From contig JAZOVE010000008.1 of the NCBI GenBank assembly GCA_045658545.1, forward strand, positions 16,995 to 80,994: 64,000 bases of DNA, given 5' to 3'. The DNA is from Elusimicrobiaceae bacterium. GTDB lineage: Bacteria > Elusimicrobiota > Elusimicrobia > Elusimicrobiales > Elusimicrobiaceae. Positions 9,504-18,742 of this stretch are shown one piece after another; positions within the stretch are counted from its first letter, which is position 1, and each line of letters starts with the position of its first letter. The position numbers and the translations under genes are program-made. The notes under the pieces were generated by a model. That model searched no databases and was not told the origin of the DNA. It saw nothing but the letters and a program-made list of their open reading frames with translations.

Positions 9504-10154
9504 CTATTTGTAATTGAGATCAATAAGATCCATATGTATTTCTATTTCCGGAGATGCTTTTTCTAAAATTGTATCAAAACTTTTACTAACATTATCATTT
9601 GCTTTTTGGTTTTTAATCGCTTTAGCTTGTTCAAATAATGCTAATATTTGTTTAGCAATTTCATATTTTCTGTTTTGTTCTAAAATTTCTTCATAGGAAT
9701 TAACATAAGGTGCAGTTTTATAATCTGAAGAAGACATAATCTCTTTAGTTTGCTTAATATATCTATTATACTCACTTTCAGGCATACCTTGATTAATTAA
9801 AAATTCAATAAAATCAGTGCTATGCAAATTTTCTATACTTGCATTTACAACATTTTCAACAGTCGCATCATAAATCAATTTCCACATACTTTCATTAGTG
9901 TCTTTTAGGAAAAATGGAATTAATTCCATAGTAGCAGAATTAAAATTCCTATTCTTTATATAATCAGATAAACAACTATTAACTGCATCATCTACTTTAT
10001 TATAGTGATATATTTCAGTTTCAGTATTAAGATAATCTGTTGTATCATTTACAGAAGATTCGGAATAGCATTTAGGATCATTAATGCAATTTTGTGCCAT
10101 ATTCGGCATGACACCGGCTACTAAAATTAATAATGCTAATAATAATTTCTTCAT
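9504..10154 (-). CDS. Secreted hypothetical protein, paralog of 8686..9495
   Basis: Start set at MKKLLLALLILVAGVMPNMAQ (10154), which has a GGAG SD 5 nt upstream. The 10205 start lies upstream of the predicted -10. It shares FIEFLINQGMPESEYNRYIK with its neighbour. Confidence 0.45.
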   Translation of the reverse strand: MKKLLLALLILVAGVMPNMAQNCINDPKCYSESSVNDTTDYLNTETEIYHYNKVDDAVNSCLSDYIKNRNFNSATMELIPFFLKDTNESMWKLIYDATVENVVNASIENLHSTDFIEFLINQGMPESEYNRYIKQTKEIMSSSDYKTAPYVNSYEEILEQNRKYEIAKQILALFEQAKAIKNQKANDNVSKSFDTILEKASPEIEIHMDLIDLNYK

Positions 10155-10193
10155 TTTTACTCCTGTTTTTAGTTTTTTACTACTACTAATTAT

Positions 10194-10260
10194 ATTATCA
10201 CACAAAAAAAGTTCTTTTACAAGGGCATTTAGACCTAGATAAAAGTACCCAAAGGACCTA
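10194..10260 (-). promoter_or_regulatory. Two-unit TAGGTCC/CCCTTG operator-promoter of the ankyrin-like paralog pair
   Basis: The minus strand reads TAGGTCCTTTGGGTAC..TAGGTCTAAATGCCCTTG. The -35 TTGTAA (10217..10222), a 17-nt spacer, then the -10 GATAAT (10194..10199). Confidence 0.6.
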
Positions 10261-10271
10261 TGTGCAGAAAT

Positions 10272-13106
10272 TTATTTTTTAATACTTTCAAGTTCGGCTT
10301 TAAGATATTTGCCTGTATAACTTGGGCTTTGCGCAACTTGCAAAACAGATCCTTCCGCGACGATATAACCGCCCTTGTCCCCACCCTCAGGGCCAAGGTC
10401 AATTATCCAATCAGCGGTTTTGATAATATCAAGGTTATGCTCAATTACCAAAACGGTATTGCCTTGGTCGCTCAAGCGGTGTAAAACTTTTAAGAGTTTA
10501 TCAATATCGGCAAAATGTAAACCGGTTGTGGGTTCATCTAATATATATAAGGTATCACCTGTTGATCGGCGGGAAAGTTCATCTGCAAGTTTAACCCTTT
10601 GTGCCTCACCGCCTGATAAAGTGGTAGCACTTTGACCTAGTTTAATGTAACCAAGCCCGACATCTTGCAAAGTTTTTAATGTCTTTTTGATTTTGGGGAT
10701 ATCGGCAAAAAAATCAACTGCTTGATCAACAGTCATTTCCAAAACATCGGAAATATTTTTGCCTTTAAATTTAACTGTCAGTGTGTCTTCATTAAATCTT
10801 TTACCATCGCATTCTTCGCATTTAACATAGATATCGGGTAAAAACTGCATTTGAATTTTTATAATACCGTCACCCTCGCATTTTTCGCAGCGGCCGCCTT
10901 TTATGTTAAAACTGAAACGGCCTGCTTTATAACCGCGGCGTTTTGCTTCGGGCATTTGTGCAAAAAGTTCGCGTATAGCGGTAAACACACCGGTATAAGT
11001 TGCGGGGTTTGAGCGAGGTGTTTTACCTATCGGTGTTTGGTCAACAATAATTACCTTATTTATATGTTCAAGCCCTTTAATATCTTTATGCGCGCCGGCT
11101 TGTTCTTTTGAACCGTAAAACTTTTTAGCAAGCGCATTATATAAAACATTATGTACCAAAGTTGATTTACCTGATCCGGAAACACCCGTAACGCAAACAA
11201 ATAAACCAAGCGGAATTTTGACGTCAATATTTTTTAAATTAAATTGTTTTGCGCCGCGTACTTCAAGCCATTTTTTAGACGGTTTTTTAGGATCTAAATT
11301 CGGCAAAATTTGTTTTGTTCCGTTTAAGTAAGCGGCGGTTATTGAATTTTTATTTTTAATAAATTCTTTAAAACTCCCCTCTGCAACAATTTGACCGCCG
11401 TTTAAGCCGGCAGCAGGGCCAAGTTCAACAAGATGGTCGGCCGCGAGCATAGTATCTTTATCGTGTTCCACTATAATTAAGGTATTGCCAAGGTCACGCA
11501 ATTTTTTGAGTGTTTCAATAAGGCGGTCATTATCGCGGGAATGTAAGCCGATTGTCGGCTCATCAAGCACATAAAGAACGCCTGTTAAACCGCTGCCGAT
11601 TTGCGTTGCAAGGTGTATGCGTTGCGCTTCACCGCCGGAAAGTGTTTGAGATTTTCTGTTCAAAGTTAAATAAGAAAGCCCCACGCTGTTTAAAAAGCCA
11701 AGGCGGGCGCGAATTTCTTTTAACACTTGTTTTGCAATCAATTCTTCACGTTCGGTTAACTTTAAATTATTTATAAAATCAAGTGCTTGCCCGACTTGCA
11801 TTTGCGAAATTTCCGCAATATTTTTACCGTTGATTTTAACCGCAAGTGCTTCTTTATTTAAACGCGCGCCATGGCAAATAGGGCATTCAATTTCGCGCAT
11901 AAATCTTTCATAGACGGCTTCACGTACAAACTCGCTTTCACTATCGCTGTTGCGGCGTTTTAAATTATTTATTACACCCTCAAAAGGGGCATCATTACCG
12001 GTCCAAGAAACTTTATAATCTACGCCCTCACCACCAAACAAAATAATTTCCTGTTGCTGGCGCGGAAGATTTTTCCAAGGTGTTGTCATTGAAATATGCT
12101 GGCGGCGGCAAACGGATGATAAAATTTCATAATAATAACCTGCCCAGGAATTTTTCCAGCGGTTAGTTTTATTTGTTACAGGGCTACTCCACGCATAAAT
12201 TGCACCTTCTGAAATTGATAAAGTTTTATCGGGTACAACCAAATCTTCGTCGATTTCAATTTTAAGGCCAAGCCCGTTACACTCGGGGCATGCGCCTTGC
12301 GGCGAGTTAAAGGAAAATAAGCGCGGCTCCAAATCACTAAAGCCGATACCACAATGCGCGCAGGCATTATTTTCGCTGTAAGTAAAAGTTTTGCCGTTTT
12401 CCAAGACGCGCACTAAACCTTTTGAATATTTTGTGGCAAGTTCTAATGCTTCGGTTAAACGCTCTTTTTCTTCTTCTGAAATTAAAATTTCGTCAACAAT
12501 TAAATCAAGATTATGTTTTTTATAGCGCGCTAAAACAGGCGGGGTTGATAAATCATATTCTTCCCCGTTCGCCAAAATTTTTACAAAACCCTCTTTTTTA
12601 AGGCGCGCAAAAAGTTCTTCATAAGTTCCTTTTTTGCCTTGCACCAAAGGCGCTAAAATTAAAACTGTTTTACCAAAATATCTTTTTAAAATATCTTCGC
12701 AAATTGCCTGCAAAGAATATTGTTCGACAGGCCTTCCGCATTCAGGACAATAGCGTTTGCCGATACGCGCAAAAAGTAAACGCAGATAATCATAAATTTC
12801 CGTAACCGTTGCAACCGTCGAACGCGGGTTGCGCGCAGGGGCGCGTTGTTCAATTGAGATTGCCGGTGATAAACCCTCAATTAAATCAACATCCGGTTTT
12901 TGCATTAAGTCCAAAAATTGCCGTGCATAAGCTGACATACTTTCAACATATCTTCTTTGGCCTTCCGCGTAAATAGTATCAAAAGCCAAAGAGCTTTTAC
13001 CCGAACCGGATAAACCGGTCATTACCACCATTTTACCGCGCGGTAATTTTAAATTAACATTTTTTAAATTATTGGTCCTTGCACCGGAAATTAAAATATA
13101 ATCCAT
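10272..13106 (-). CDS. uvrA: Excinuclease ABC subunit A
   Basis: 944 aa with two ABC modules (GLSGSGKSS, GVSGSGKST; two LSGGE signatures) and CxxC zinc-finger pairs. Confidence 0.97.
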   Translation of the reverse strand: MDYILISGARTNNLKNVNLKLPRGKMVVMTGLSGSGKSSLAFDTIYAEGQRRYVESMSAYARQFLDLMQKPDVDLIEGLSPAISIEQRAPARNPRSTVATVTEIYDYLRLLFARIGKRYCPECGRPVEQYSLQAICEDILKRYFGKTVLILAPLVQGKKGTYEELFARLKKEGFVKILANGEEYDLSTPPVLARYKKHNLDLIVDEILISEEEKERLTEALELATKYSKGLVRVLENGKTFTYSENNACAHCGIGFSDLEPRLFSFNSPQGACPECNGLGLKIEIDEDLVVPDKTLSISEGAIYAWSSPVTNKTNRWKNSWAGYYYEILSSVCRRQHISMTTPWKNLPRQQQEIILFGGEGVDYKVSWTGNDAPFEGVINNLKRRNSDSESEFVREAVYERFMREIECPICHGARLNKEALAVKINGKNIAEISQMQVGQALDFINNLKLTEREELIAKQVLKEIRARLGFLNSVGLSYLTLNRKSQTLSGGEAQRIHLATQIGSGLTGVLYVLDEPTIGLHSRDNDRLIETLKKLRDLGNTLIIVEHDKDTMLAADHLVELGPAAGLNGGQIVAEGSFKEFIKNKNSITAAYLNGTKQILPNLDPKKPSKKWLEVRGAKQFNLKNIDVKIPLGLFVCVTGVSGSGKSTLVHNVLYNALAKKFYGSKEQAGAHKDIKGLEHINKVIIVDQTPIGKTPRSNPATYTGVFTAIRELFAQMPEAKRRGYKAGRFSFNIKGGRCEKCEGDGIIKIQMQFLPDIYVKCEECDGKRFNEDTLTVKFKGKNISDVLEMTVDQAVDFFADIPKIKKTLKTLQDVGLGYIKLGQSATTLSGGEAQRVKLADELSRRSTGDTLYILDEPTTGLHFADIDKLLKVLHRLSDQGNTVLVIEHNLDIIKTADWIIDLGPEGGDKGGYIVAEGSVLQVAQSPSYTGKYLKAELESIKK

Positions 13107-13150
13107 AACAAACTCCTAATTAAATTATATAATTTATAAAAGGGAGTTTT

Positions 13151-14212
13151 ATGAACGCTATAAAAAAACATATTTGGGTTATATTAAGTTGTGTTATTTC
13201 CGTATCGGCTTTAATTTGGTTTATTTATAACGGGAAAGACAACTTCTTAAAAATCTGGCGCGAAGTTAATACAGGTTATTTAATTTTAGCTTTTCTTGCA
13301 TCTGCGGTAATTTATGTTTTTATGGGCTTGTCACTTTGGGAAACTTTAAAATTACTCGGCAAAAAAATAAATGTCGGCGCTTGTATGAGCATAGCATTTG
13401 TTTCCACAACGGTTAATTATTTAATTTCCACGATGGGCGTAAGCGGTTTTGCTTTGCGCGCGCATTTGCTCGGTAAACGCGGAATTCCGCTCGGTATCAG
13501 TGTTATGGCAAGCATTGTTATAACCGTTCTTTTATATGTAGTTTTATTTGCAATTATTTTGCAAGGCACTTTACTTTTAATTTTATCAAGCGGTGTTTCG
13601 CGCGAACAAATTATAAAAAACTTTGCCGCAGTTATCGGTATTGCTTTAATAGGTGCAGCGATTACGGCATTTTTCTTCAATAGTGAATTCCGTTACAAAT
13701 GGATGCGCAAAACATTTATGGTAACGAATAAAATTATTTATAAACTTTTCGGTGCTTTGATACCCAAAAATAATTTTTCTGCTTTTACGACGCAGCTTGA
13801 TAACGGTATAAAAACCATACACAAAAATAAAAGTAAAATGACCGCTACAATAATTTATATTTGCGGTGATTGGGTTTTTACTATTTTAATTTTATATCTT
13901 GCATTTTTAGCTGTGGGTGTAAAAATAGGTATAGGTATATTGCTTGCGGGTTTTGCCGTCGGTATGGCAACAACTTTGATACCTGTTCTACCGGGTGGTA
14001 TCGGTGCTATGGAAATTGCTATGGCAACGGTATTTTCACAAGCAGGTATTGATTGGGATACCGCTTTAATGGCCGCCTTAATTTACCGTTTTGTTTACTA
14101 TATTATCCCCGGTATTATCAGCATTTTTGTATATTGGGGTTTAAAACTTTCCGAGCCGCGCCCGATGCGCCAAAACCGCGCAAAAGATTATTTGGAAAAA
14201 CATATCAAGTAG
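13151..14212 (+). CDS. Flippase-like / LPG-synthase-TM (UPF0104) family membrane protein
   Basis: 353 aa with about 8 predicted TM helices. The late motif LIPVLPGGIGAMEIAM is typical of the UPF0104 family. Moderate confidence. Confidence 0.5.
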   Translation: MNAIKKHIWVILSCVISVSALIWFIYNGKDNFLKIWREVNTGYLILAFLASAVIYVFMGLSLWETLKLLGKKINVGACMSIAFVSTTVNYLISTMGVSGFALRAHLLGKRGIPLGISVMASIVITVLLYVVLFAIILQGTLLLILSSGVSREQIIKNFAAVIGIALIGAAITAFFFNSEFRYKWMRKTFMVTNKIIYKLFGALIPKNNFSAFTTQLDNGIKTIHKNKSKMTATIIYICGDWVFTILILYLAFLAVGVKIGIGILLAGFAVGMATTLIPVLPGGIGAMEIAMATVFSQAGIDWDTALMAALIYRFVYYIIPGIISIFVYWGLKLSEPRPMRQNRAKDYLEKHIK

Positions 14213-14220
14213 GCATAATT

Positions 14221-14595
14221 ATGGCAACAATTATTTTAATTGAAGATTCAAAAACTTTAGCCCAAGCATTAAAACCTGCGCTTGAACTTAAAGGCCATAC
14301 GGTTTTATGGGTTAACGACGGCCGCGGTGCATTACTTGAAATTAAGAAATTTAAACCGGATATTATTTTACTTGATTTAATGTTGCCGCATGTTAGCGGT
14401 TTTGAAATTTGCCAAGCGGTAAAAAGTGATATGGCTTTGATGAAAACACCTGTAATAATAATGTCCACTTTAACTTCACAGGAAGACCAAGAACGCGCGC
14501 AAAATGCAGGCGCAGACCATTTTATTTCAAAACCTTACGACTTAAAACAAACTTTAGCAGAAATTTTTAAATTTATTCCAAAGGCAGAAAAATGA
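14221..14595 (+). CDS. Single-domain (receiver-only, CheY-like) response regulator
   Basis: 124 aa from MATIILIEDS. All receiver residues are present (ED, DIILLDLMLP phospho-Asp, MSTLT, SKPY Lys). The ORF-caller start at 14053 overlaps the preceding gene in another frame. Confidence 0.85.
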   Translation: MATIILIEDSKTLAQALKPALELKGHTVLWVNDGRGALLEIKKFKPDIILLDLMLPHVSGFEICQAVKSDMALMKTPVIIMSTLTSQEDQERAQNAGADHFISKPYDLKQTLAEIFKFIPKAEK

Positions 14596-14945
14596 ACTTT
14601 AGAATTATAAGAAATACACAAGTTGTAACAGATTCCGATTTGGCGATATCACTAGATTTACTGCCTAAAAGTTTTATTTCTTTTTTTAAAAGGAATATTT
14701 CCGTTTTCCCGCAAAACACTTACTTTCAATTAACGGAAGAAGAAAAAAAAGATCTGGTAAAAAATTATTGTATCACCCATGCCGAGCGTTTGAGATATGC
14801 AAAACGCTTGCCTTATGTATTTACCCCAAGCGGTGCTATGCTTTGCATTTATCTTCTTAAAAAATGCAAAAAAGCCGCAGAACTTCGTAACAAATTGCTT
14901 GCTTTAAACAATCAAGAAGATATTATTAATGCACTTAAAATCTAG
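14592..14945 (+). CDS. ORF6N domain protein (KilA-N/Bro-N-like DNA-binding fold)
   Basis: IRNTQVVTDSDLAISL....FKRNISVFPQNTYFQLTEEE and RLPYVFTPSGAMLCIYLLK follow the ORF6N pattern (IRGQ.VMLDSDLA...RN..RFPEDFMFQLT..E; R.LPYAFTE.GV.ML). It has an ATGA start/stop overlap with the receiver gene. Confidence 0.55.
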   Translation: MNFRIIRNTQVVTDSDLAISLDLLPKSFISFFKRNISVFPQNTYFQLTEEEKKDLVKNYCITHAERLRYAKRLPYVFTPSGAMLCIYLLKKCKKAAELRNKLLALNNQEDIINALKI

Positions 14946-15010
14946 GTCCAAAGACCTATTTTCATAAGGGCCTTTTTGCCCTTGAAATAATTTACATTTG
15001 GTGCTATCAT
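14943..15010 (+). promoter_or_regulatory. Two-unit TAGGTCC/CCCTTG operator-promoter of the 501-aa secreted protein gene
   Basis: TAGGTCCAAAGACCTA (a perfect TAGGTC/GACCTA palindrome) ..TAAGGGCCTTTTTGCCCTTG. The -35 TTGAAA (14982..14987), a 17-nt spacer, then the -10 TATCAT (15005..15010). The TAG of the first unit is the ORF6N stop codon. Confidence 0.6.
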
Positions 15011-15027
15011 ATTGTTAGGGTATATTT

Positions 15028-16533
15028 ATGAAACTTAAATATTTAATAACTTTTATTTCCTTAATTTCCTTGACTTTTCCGATATATTCCGAAAATATCG
15101 TTCTTGATTTACAACAACAAAAAAAAGAAATTAAAGAAATTATAAATGCTAGTACTCCCACTGCTATAGTGGCGAAACTAGCGATGTTTGAAGCTTTAGA
15201 TCGCGTAAATAAATCAAAGGAGATAAAAGACCCAGAAGCAATTACGGATTTTGGCAGATTAATGAAAAATAAAATGAAATTCTTACCACCAAATGAAAGA
15301 TTGCCTTTTTTAAAACAGTTAAGAACAGGTATAACCGATGAAACTCTTAGAACGAAGGTCGATTGGTATTTTATAACAGAAGAAGCATTGTCAAAACCTA
15401 ATTTCACAGAAAAAACAGTAATAAAATCAGCAGCAAGTCATGTAGCCAAACTAAATAAAGCTTTATTTTTAGGTGAATCTCAAGAACTCGAAAATATTAC
15501 CCGACTTTTAAAGCAGGATATAACAAAATTGGTATTCCAAGGAAATCCCGAATTACTTGAAACATTTATAAAAACATATTCTTCACAAGCTGCACAATAT
15601 TGCCAAATGGAAAGGTCATTAAATCTTTTTCTTTCCGAATTAATGAATCATAATTTGCCATTAAATTTAATAAAAAATACAACTGTTCCTATGGAATCAT
15701 TAGTAAGAAATACTATCCCAGCACTAATGAAAAATTTTTCATGGAATAGTTTTATAACAGAACATCAAGGTATAATATTACAAGATATACTCCAATCTAA
15801 TAAAAAATTTAGTTTTTTCAATTTTACAAATATGGTAAGCAATGCTTATCTTGATAAAAAATTGTCACAAGTTGAAAGAGAATTACAGGCAAAAATATCT
15901 ATTTTAACTGAGATGGCTAATATTGCAGATCCATTGTATCAGAAATTTAAACCACTAGCATCAAATGGTTACATCGGTGAAAGATCTATTCTTAGAGGAG
16001 TATCTTTGGGTGAAAATTTTGGTAAACTTCCACCTAAAAATGCCAAAGAATTAGCAAAGATAATATATAGCGTCCCAATAGAAGAAATAAAACCTGTTTT
16101 ACCTAATGCAAGTAGATGGATTGAAGGTTTTAGCAGATGGATTTTAAAAAGCTTTAATGGAAAAAATATTATACTTACTACCGCAAGCATGATTGCACTG
16201 GTAGAAGCGGAAGAATTAATTAAATTTTACACCAACTATAATCCTTCAAATGCTTATTTAAATATTATGGATGAAATTACGGACGCTCTTGCAATTGGCA
16301 ATAATATAAAATTAGTTTATAACACTGTTTACGACGGTAATTTCGCTAAATATTTCCTTTCATACGTTGAAGAAGGCAATTTAACAAAAGAAGAAGAACT
16401 TGCATATATGGAAACCTTTGATAATTTTGAAAGTGCAATGTATGCAAGTTTTTTCCAAACTGCTGAAGACAATATCGCTGGAAAAGATTGGCAATGCTTT
16501 GTTTTGAACGAGAACTGCCCTAACAAAGCATAA
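15028..16533 (+). CDS. Secreted hypothetical protein (501 aa)
   Basis: Has an N-terminal signal peptide (ITFISLISLTFPIYS) and AT-rich codon usage, with no recognisable domain. It is preceded by the TAGGTCC/CCCTTG operator-promoter. Confidence 0.6.
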   Translation: MKLKYLITFISLISLTFPIYSENIVLDLQQQKKEIKEIINASTPTAIVAKLAMFEALDRVNKSKEIKDPEAITDFGRLMKNKMKFLPPNERLPFLKQLRTGITDETLRTKVDWYFITEEALSKPNFTEKTVIKSAASHVAKLNKALFLGESQELENITRLLKQDITKLVFQGNPELLETFIKTYSSQAAQYCQMERSLNLFLSELMNHNLPLNLIKNTTVPMESLVRNTIPALMKNFSWNSFITEHQGIILQDILQSNKKFSFFNFTNMVSNAYLDKKLSQVERELQAKISILTEMANIADPLYQKFKPLASNGYIGERSILRGVSLGENFGKLPPKNAKELAKIIYSVPIEEIKPVLPNASRWIEGFSRWILKSFNGKNIILTTASMIALVEAEELIKFYTNYNPSNAYLNIMDEITDALAIGNNIKLVYNTVYDGNFAKYFLSYVEEGNLTKEEELAYMETFDNFESAMYASFFQTAEDNIAGKDWQCFVLNENCPNKA

Positions 16534-16550
16534 TAACAAAATCAAACAAT

Positions 16551-17744
16551 TTATATATTTTCTTTTTTAAAGGAAAGTGTCTTTATACTTTCTTCAGCAG
16601 TAATTTTGGCCCATTCATTAATTTCGGCTGCACCGTGCAAGGTTAAAGGGCCTGCGGTGGGTTTAAATATACTCAAAACTTTTTCAATTACTTTTGCGAT
16701 ATCGGTAAATAAAATTTTACCGTCTAGGAAAGCGGCAACCGCGACTTCATCTGCGCCGTTTAAAACGGAAGGATACGCCCCCCCTTTTTTTATTGCATCA
16801 AGCGCAAGCGCAAGGCAAGGGAAACGTGAAAAGTCCGGCTCATAAAAATCAAGATGTTGCATTTCAAGTAAACTTAATTTATTGACGGGTGAAGGTAACC
16901 TTTGCGGATAAGTTATTGCATACTGTATCGGCAAACACATATCGGGGTTTGATAAGTCTGCCAAAATTGAACCGTCAATATATTCCACTGCGGAGTGAAC
17001 TATTGATTGCGGATGTATAACAATTTTTACCTTCTCAAGCGGCAAATTAAAAAGGTGCATTATTTCAATAGTTTCAAAACCTTTATTCATTAAAGTGGCG
17101 GAGTCAACGGTAATTTTTTTACCCATTTTCCAACGCGGATGTTTTAGGGCTTGCGCCGGGGTAACTTCATCTAAAGAGCCTTGATATTTAAAAAACGGAC
17201 CACCAGATGCAGTTAATAAAATTTTTGAAATACCTTCCGCTTTATGATATGTCTTACTATCAACATTTTCAAGGCATTGAAAGACGGCAGACGGCTCTGA
17301 ATCAACCGGCAAAATGGTGGCGTTCCAACGCTCACACTCCTGCATTAAAGGTGCACCGGCCATAACAATCGGCTCCTTATTTGCAAGTGCGATTATCTTG
17401 CCAGCTTTAATAGCCGCAATTAAAGGCGAAAAGCCAATGCTGCCCACTAAACCGTTAATAATTAAGTCTGCTTCAGGTAATGCGGCAAGGAAATTTAAAC
17501 TTTCAATTTCCGGTTCAAGAAGTTTTGTCGTTTTGGGCATTAAGGGTTTAACTTTTTTATAACTTTCTTTATCGTAAACGACAGCGTAAAGAGGGGCAAA
17601 ATTTTTGACTTGTTCCAAAAACAAATCAGTATTTCTATTTGCCGTTATTGCAAGAACCTTAAAATTGGGGCCAAGATTTTTGATGACATCTAATGCCGAT
17701 ACACCGATAGACCCCGTTGAACCCAAAACAACAATATTTTTCAT
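16551..17744 (-). CDS. dxr: 1-deoxy-D-xylulose 5-phosphate reductoisomerase
   Basis: 397 aa with the NADPH-binding N-terminus VLGSTGSIG, LANKE, and a conserved Dxr core (HPQS.VHS). Confidence 0.93.
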   Translation of the reverse strand: MKNIVVLGSTGSIGVSALDVIKNLGPNFKVLAITANRNTDLFLEQVKNFAPLYAVVYDKESYKKVKPLMPKTTKLLEPEIESLNFLAALPEADLIINGLVGSIGFSPLIAAIKAGKIIALANKEPIVMAGAPLMQECERWNATILPVDSEPSAVFQCLENVDSKTYHKAEGISKILLTASGGPFFKYQGSLDEVTPAQALKHPRWKMGKKITVDSATLMNKGFETIEIMHLFNLPLEKVKIVIHPQSIVHSAVEYIDGSILADLSNPDMCLPIQYAITYPQRLPSPVNKLSLLEMQHLDFYEPDFSRFPCLALALDAIKKGGAYPSVLNGADEVAVAAFLDGKILFTDIAKVIEKVLSIFKPTAGPLTLHGAAEINEWAKITAEESIKTLSFKKENI

Positions 17745-18565
17745 TATTTAGACATGTAAAGCGCAATATAATAAATTACAGGTGCGGCTAAAATGAAACC
17801 GTCAAACCTGTCAAAAATACCGCCGTGGCCCGGAAGAACTTTTGAAGAATCTTTTACACCTGCGCTGCGTTTAATTAAACTTTCTGCCAAATCGGAAATT
17901 TGGGAAATTACGGAAATCAAAACACCCAAAATTATTGCTTGGTTGATTGTTAAATAGTGCGGGAAATATAAATCCCACAAAAACAAAGTGGCAACTGTTC
18001 CGAAGATAACTGCGGCAATTGCACCTTCCCAACTTTTCTTGGGGCTGACTGCTTTATTCAAGCGGTGTTTGCCAAGCCAGGTGCCGATTAGATATGCAAA
18101 ACTGTCTGCAATCCAAATTGTGATGAATAAAATATAGGTGAAATATTCACCGTAAGGTTCGATTGCGCGAATTGAAACTAAATGCACCAAAGCCCAAGGT
18201 ATAAGCATTACACCGAGGAAAGTATTTGCCACGCGTTCAAGAGAGCGTTTAGGCGATAGAATTTCCACAAAGAAAATGCCAAACAAAGTTAAAGCAATAA
18301 AAAAGTTTGGCAAATATACTGCTGCACTACCTTCAACAACGGGCAAAGTGCCGACGGTAGCCGCAATCATCATCAAGAAACCGAAGACGATTAAAGAAAC
18401 ACGGTTTACCGGTTTTTTTGCCGTAAACAAAATGACCCCATATTCGTATAAACAAAGAAGGGTGATGGCAGCAACAAATGCCATGAAGAAAATGCCACCA
18501 TAATAAATGGAAGCAAGGACTAGTGGTATACCGACTAGTGCGGTTAATATTCTTGGTAATATCAT
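17744..18565 (-). CDS. cdsA: Phosphatidate cytidylyltransferase
   Basis: 273 aa multi-TM protein with the C-terminal CTP_transf_1 signature (SDLAESLIKRSAGVKDSSKVLPGHGGIFDRFD). Confidence 0.9.
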   Translation of the reverse strand: MILPRILTALVGIPLVLASIYYGGIFFMAFVAAITLLCLYEYGVILFTAKKPVNRVSLIVFGFLMMIAATVGTLPVVEGSAAVYLPNFFIALTLFGIFFVEILSPKRSLERVANTFLGVMLIPWALVHLVSIRAIEPYGEYFTYILFITIWIADSFAYLIGTWLGKHRLNKAVSPKKSWEGAIAAVIFGTVATLFLWDLYFPHYLTINQAIILGVLISVISQISDLAESLIKRSAGVKDSSKVLPGHGGIFDRFDGFILAAPVIYYIALYMSK

Positions 18566-18688
18566 AATAACATTTTACCAAATTTAGACGAATTTATCAT
18601 TACAAATTACGCGTTGTTTTTCCGCATACTGTCAATTAACGTACTAAACGCGCTTGCCGAATTTTTAGACACTGCAACAACATTATAT

Positions 18689-18714
18689 ACAAAACCCTGC
18701 TTGAATAAGCAGGG
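18689..18714 (-). terminator. Intrinsic terminator after the 400-aa secreted protein gene
   Basis: The minus strand reads CCCTGCTT-attc-AAGCAGGG followed by TTTTGT. Confidence 0.65.
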
Positions 18715-18742
18715 CTTTGTAGAATTTAGAAACTAAATAATT

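Noticed and set aside
14053-14220. N-terminal extensions proposed by the ORF caller, here for the response regulator. The same applies to 22800 (hrcA), 40387 (DUF3800), 59775 (rpsO), 20041, 10205, 2080, 1500, 7878, 44546, 45397 and 59675.
   Set aside because: In each case the extension overlaps a neighbouring gene, operator, hairpin or promoter. A downstream Met, or GTG for gmhB, with an SD coincides with the conserved family N-terminus or signal peptide.
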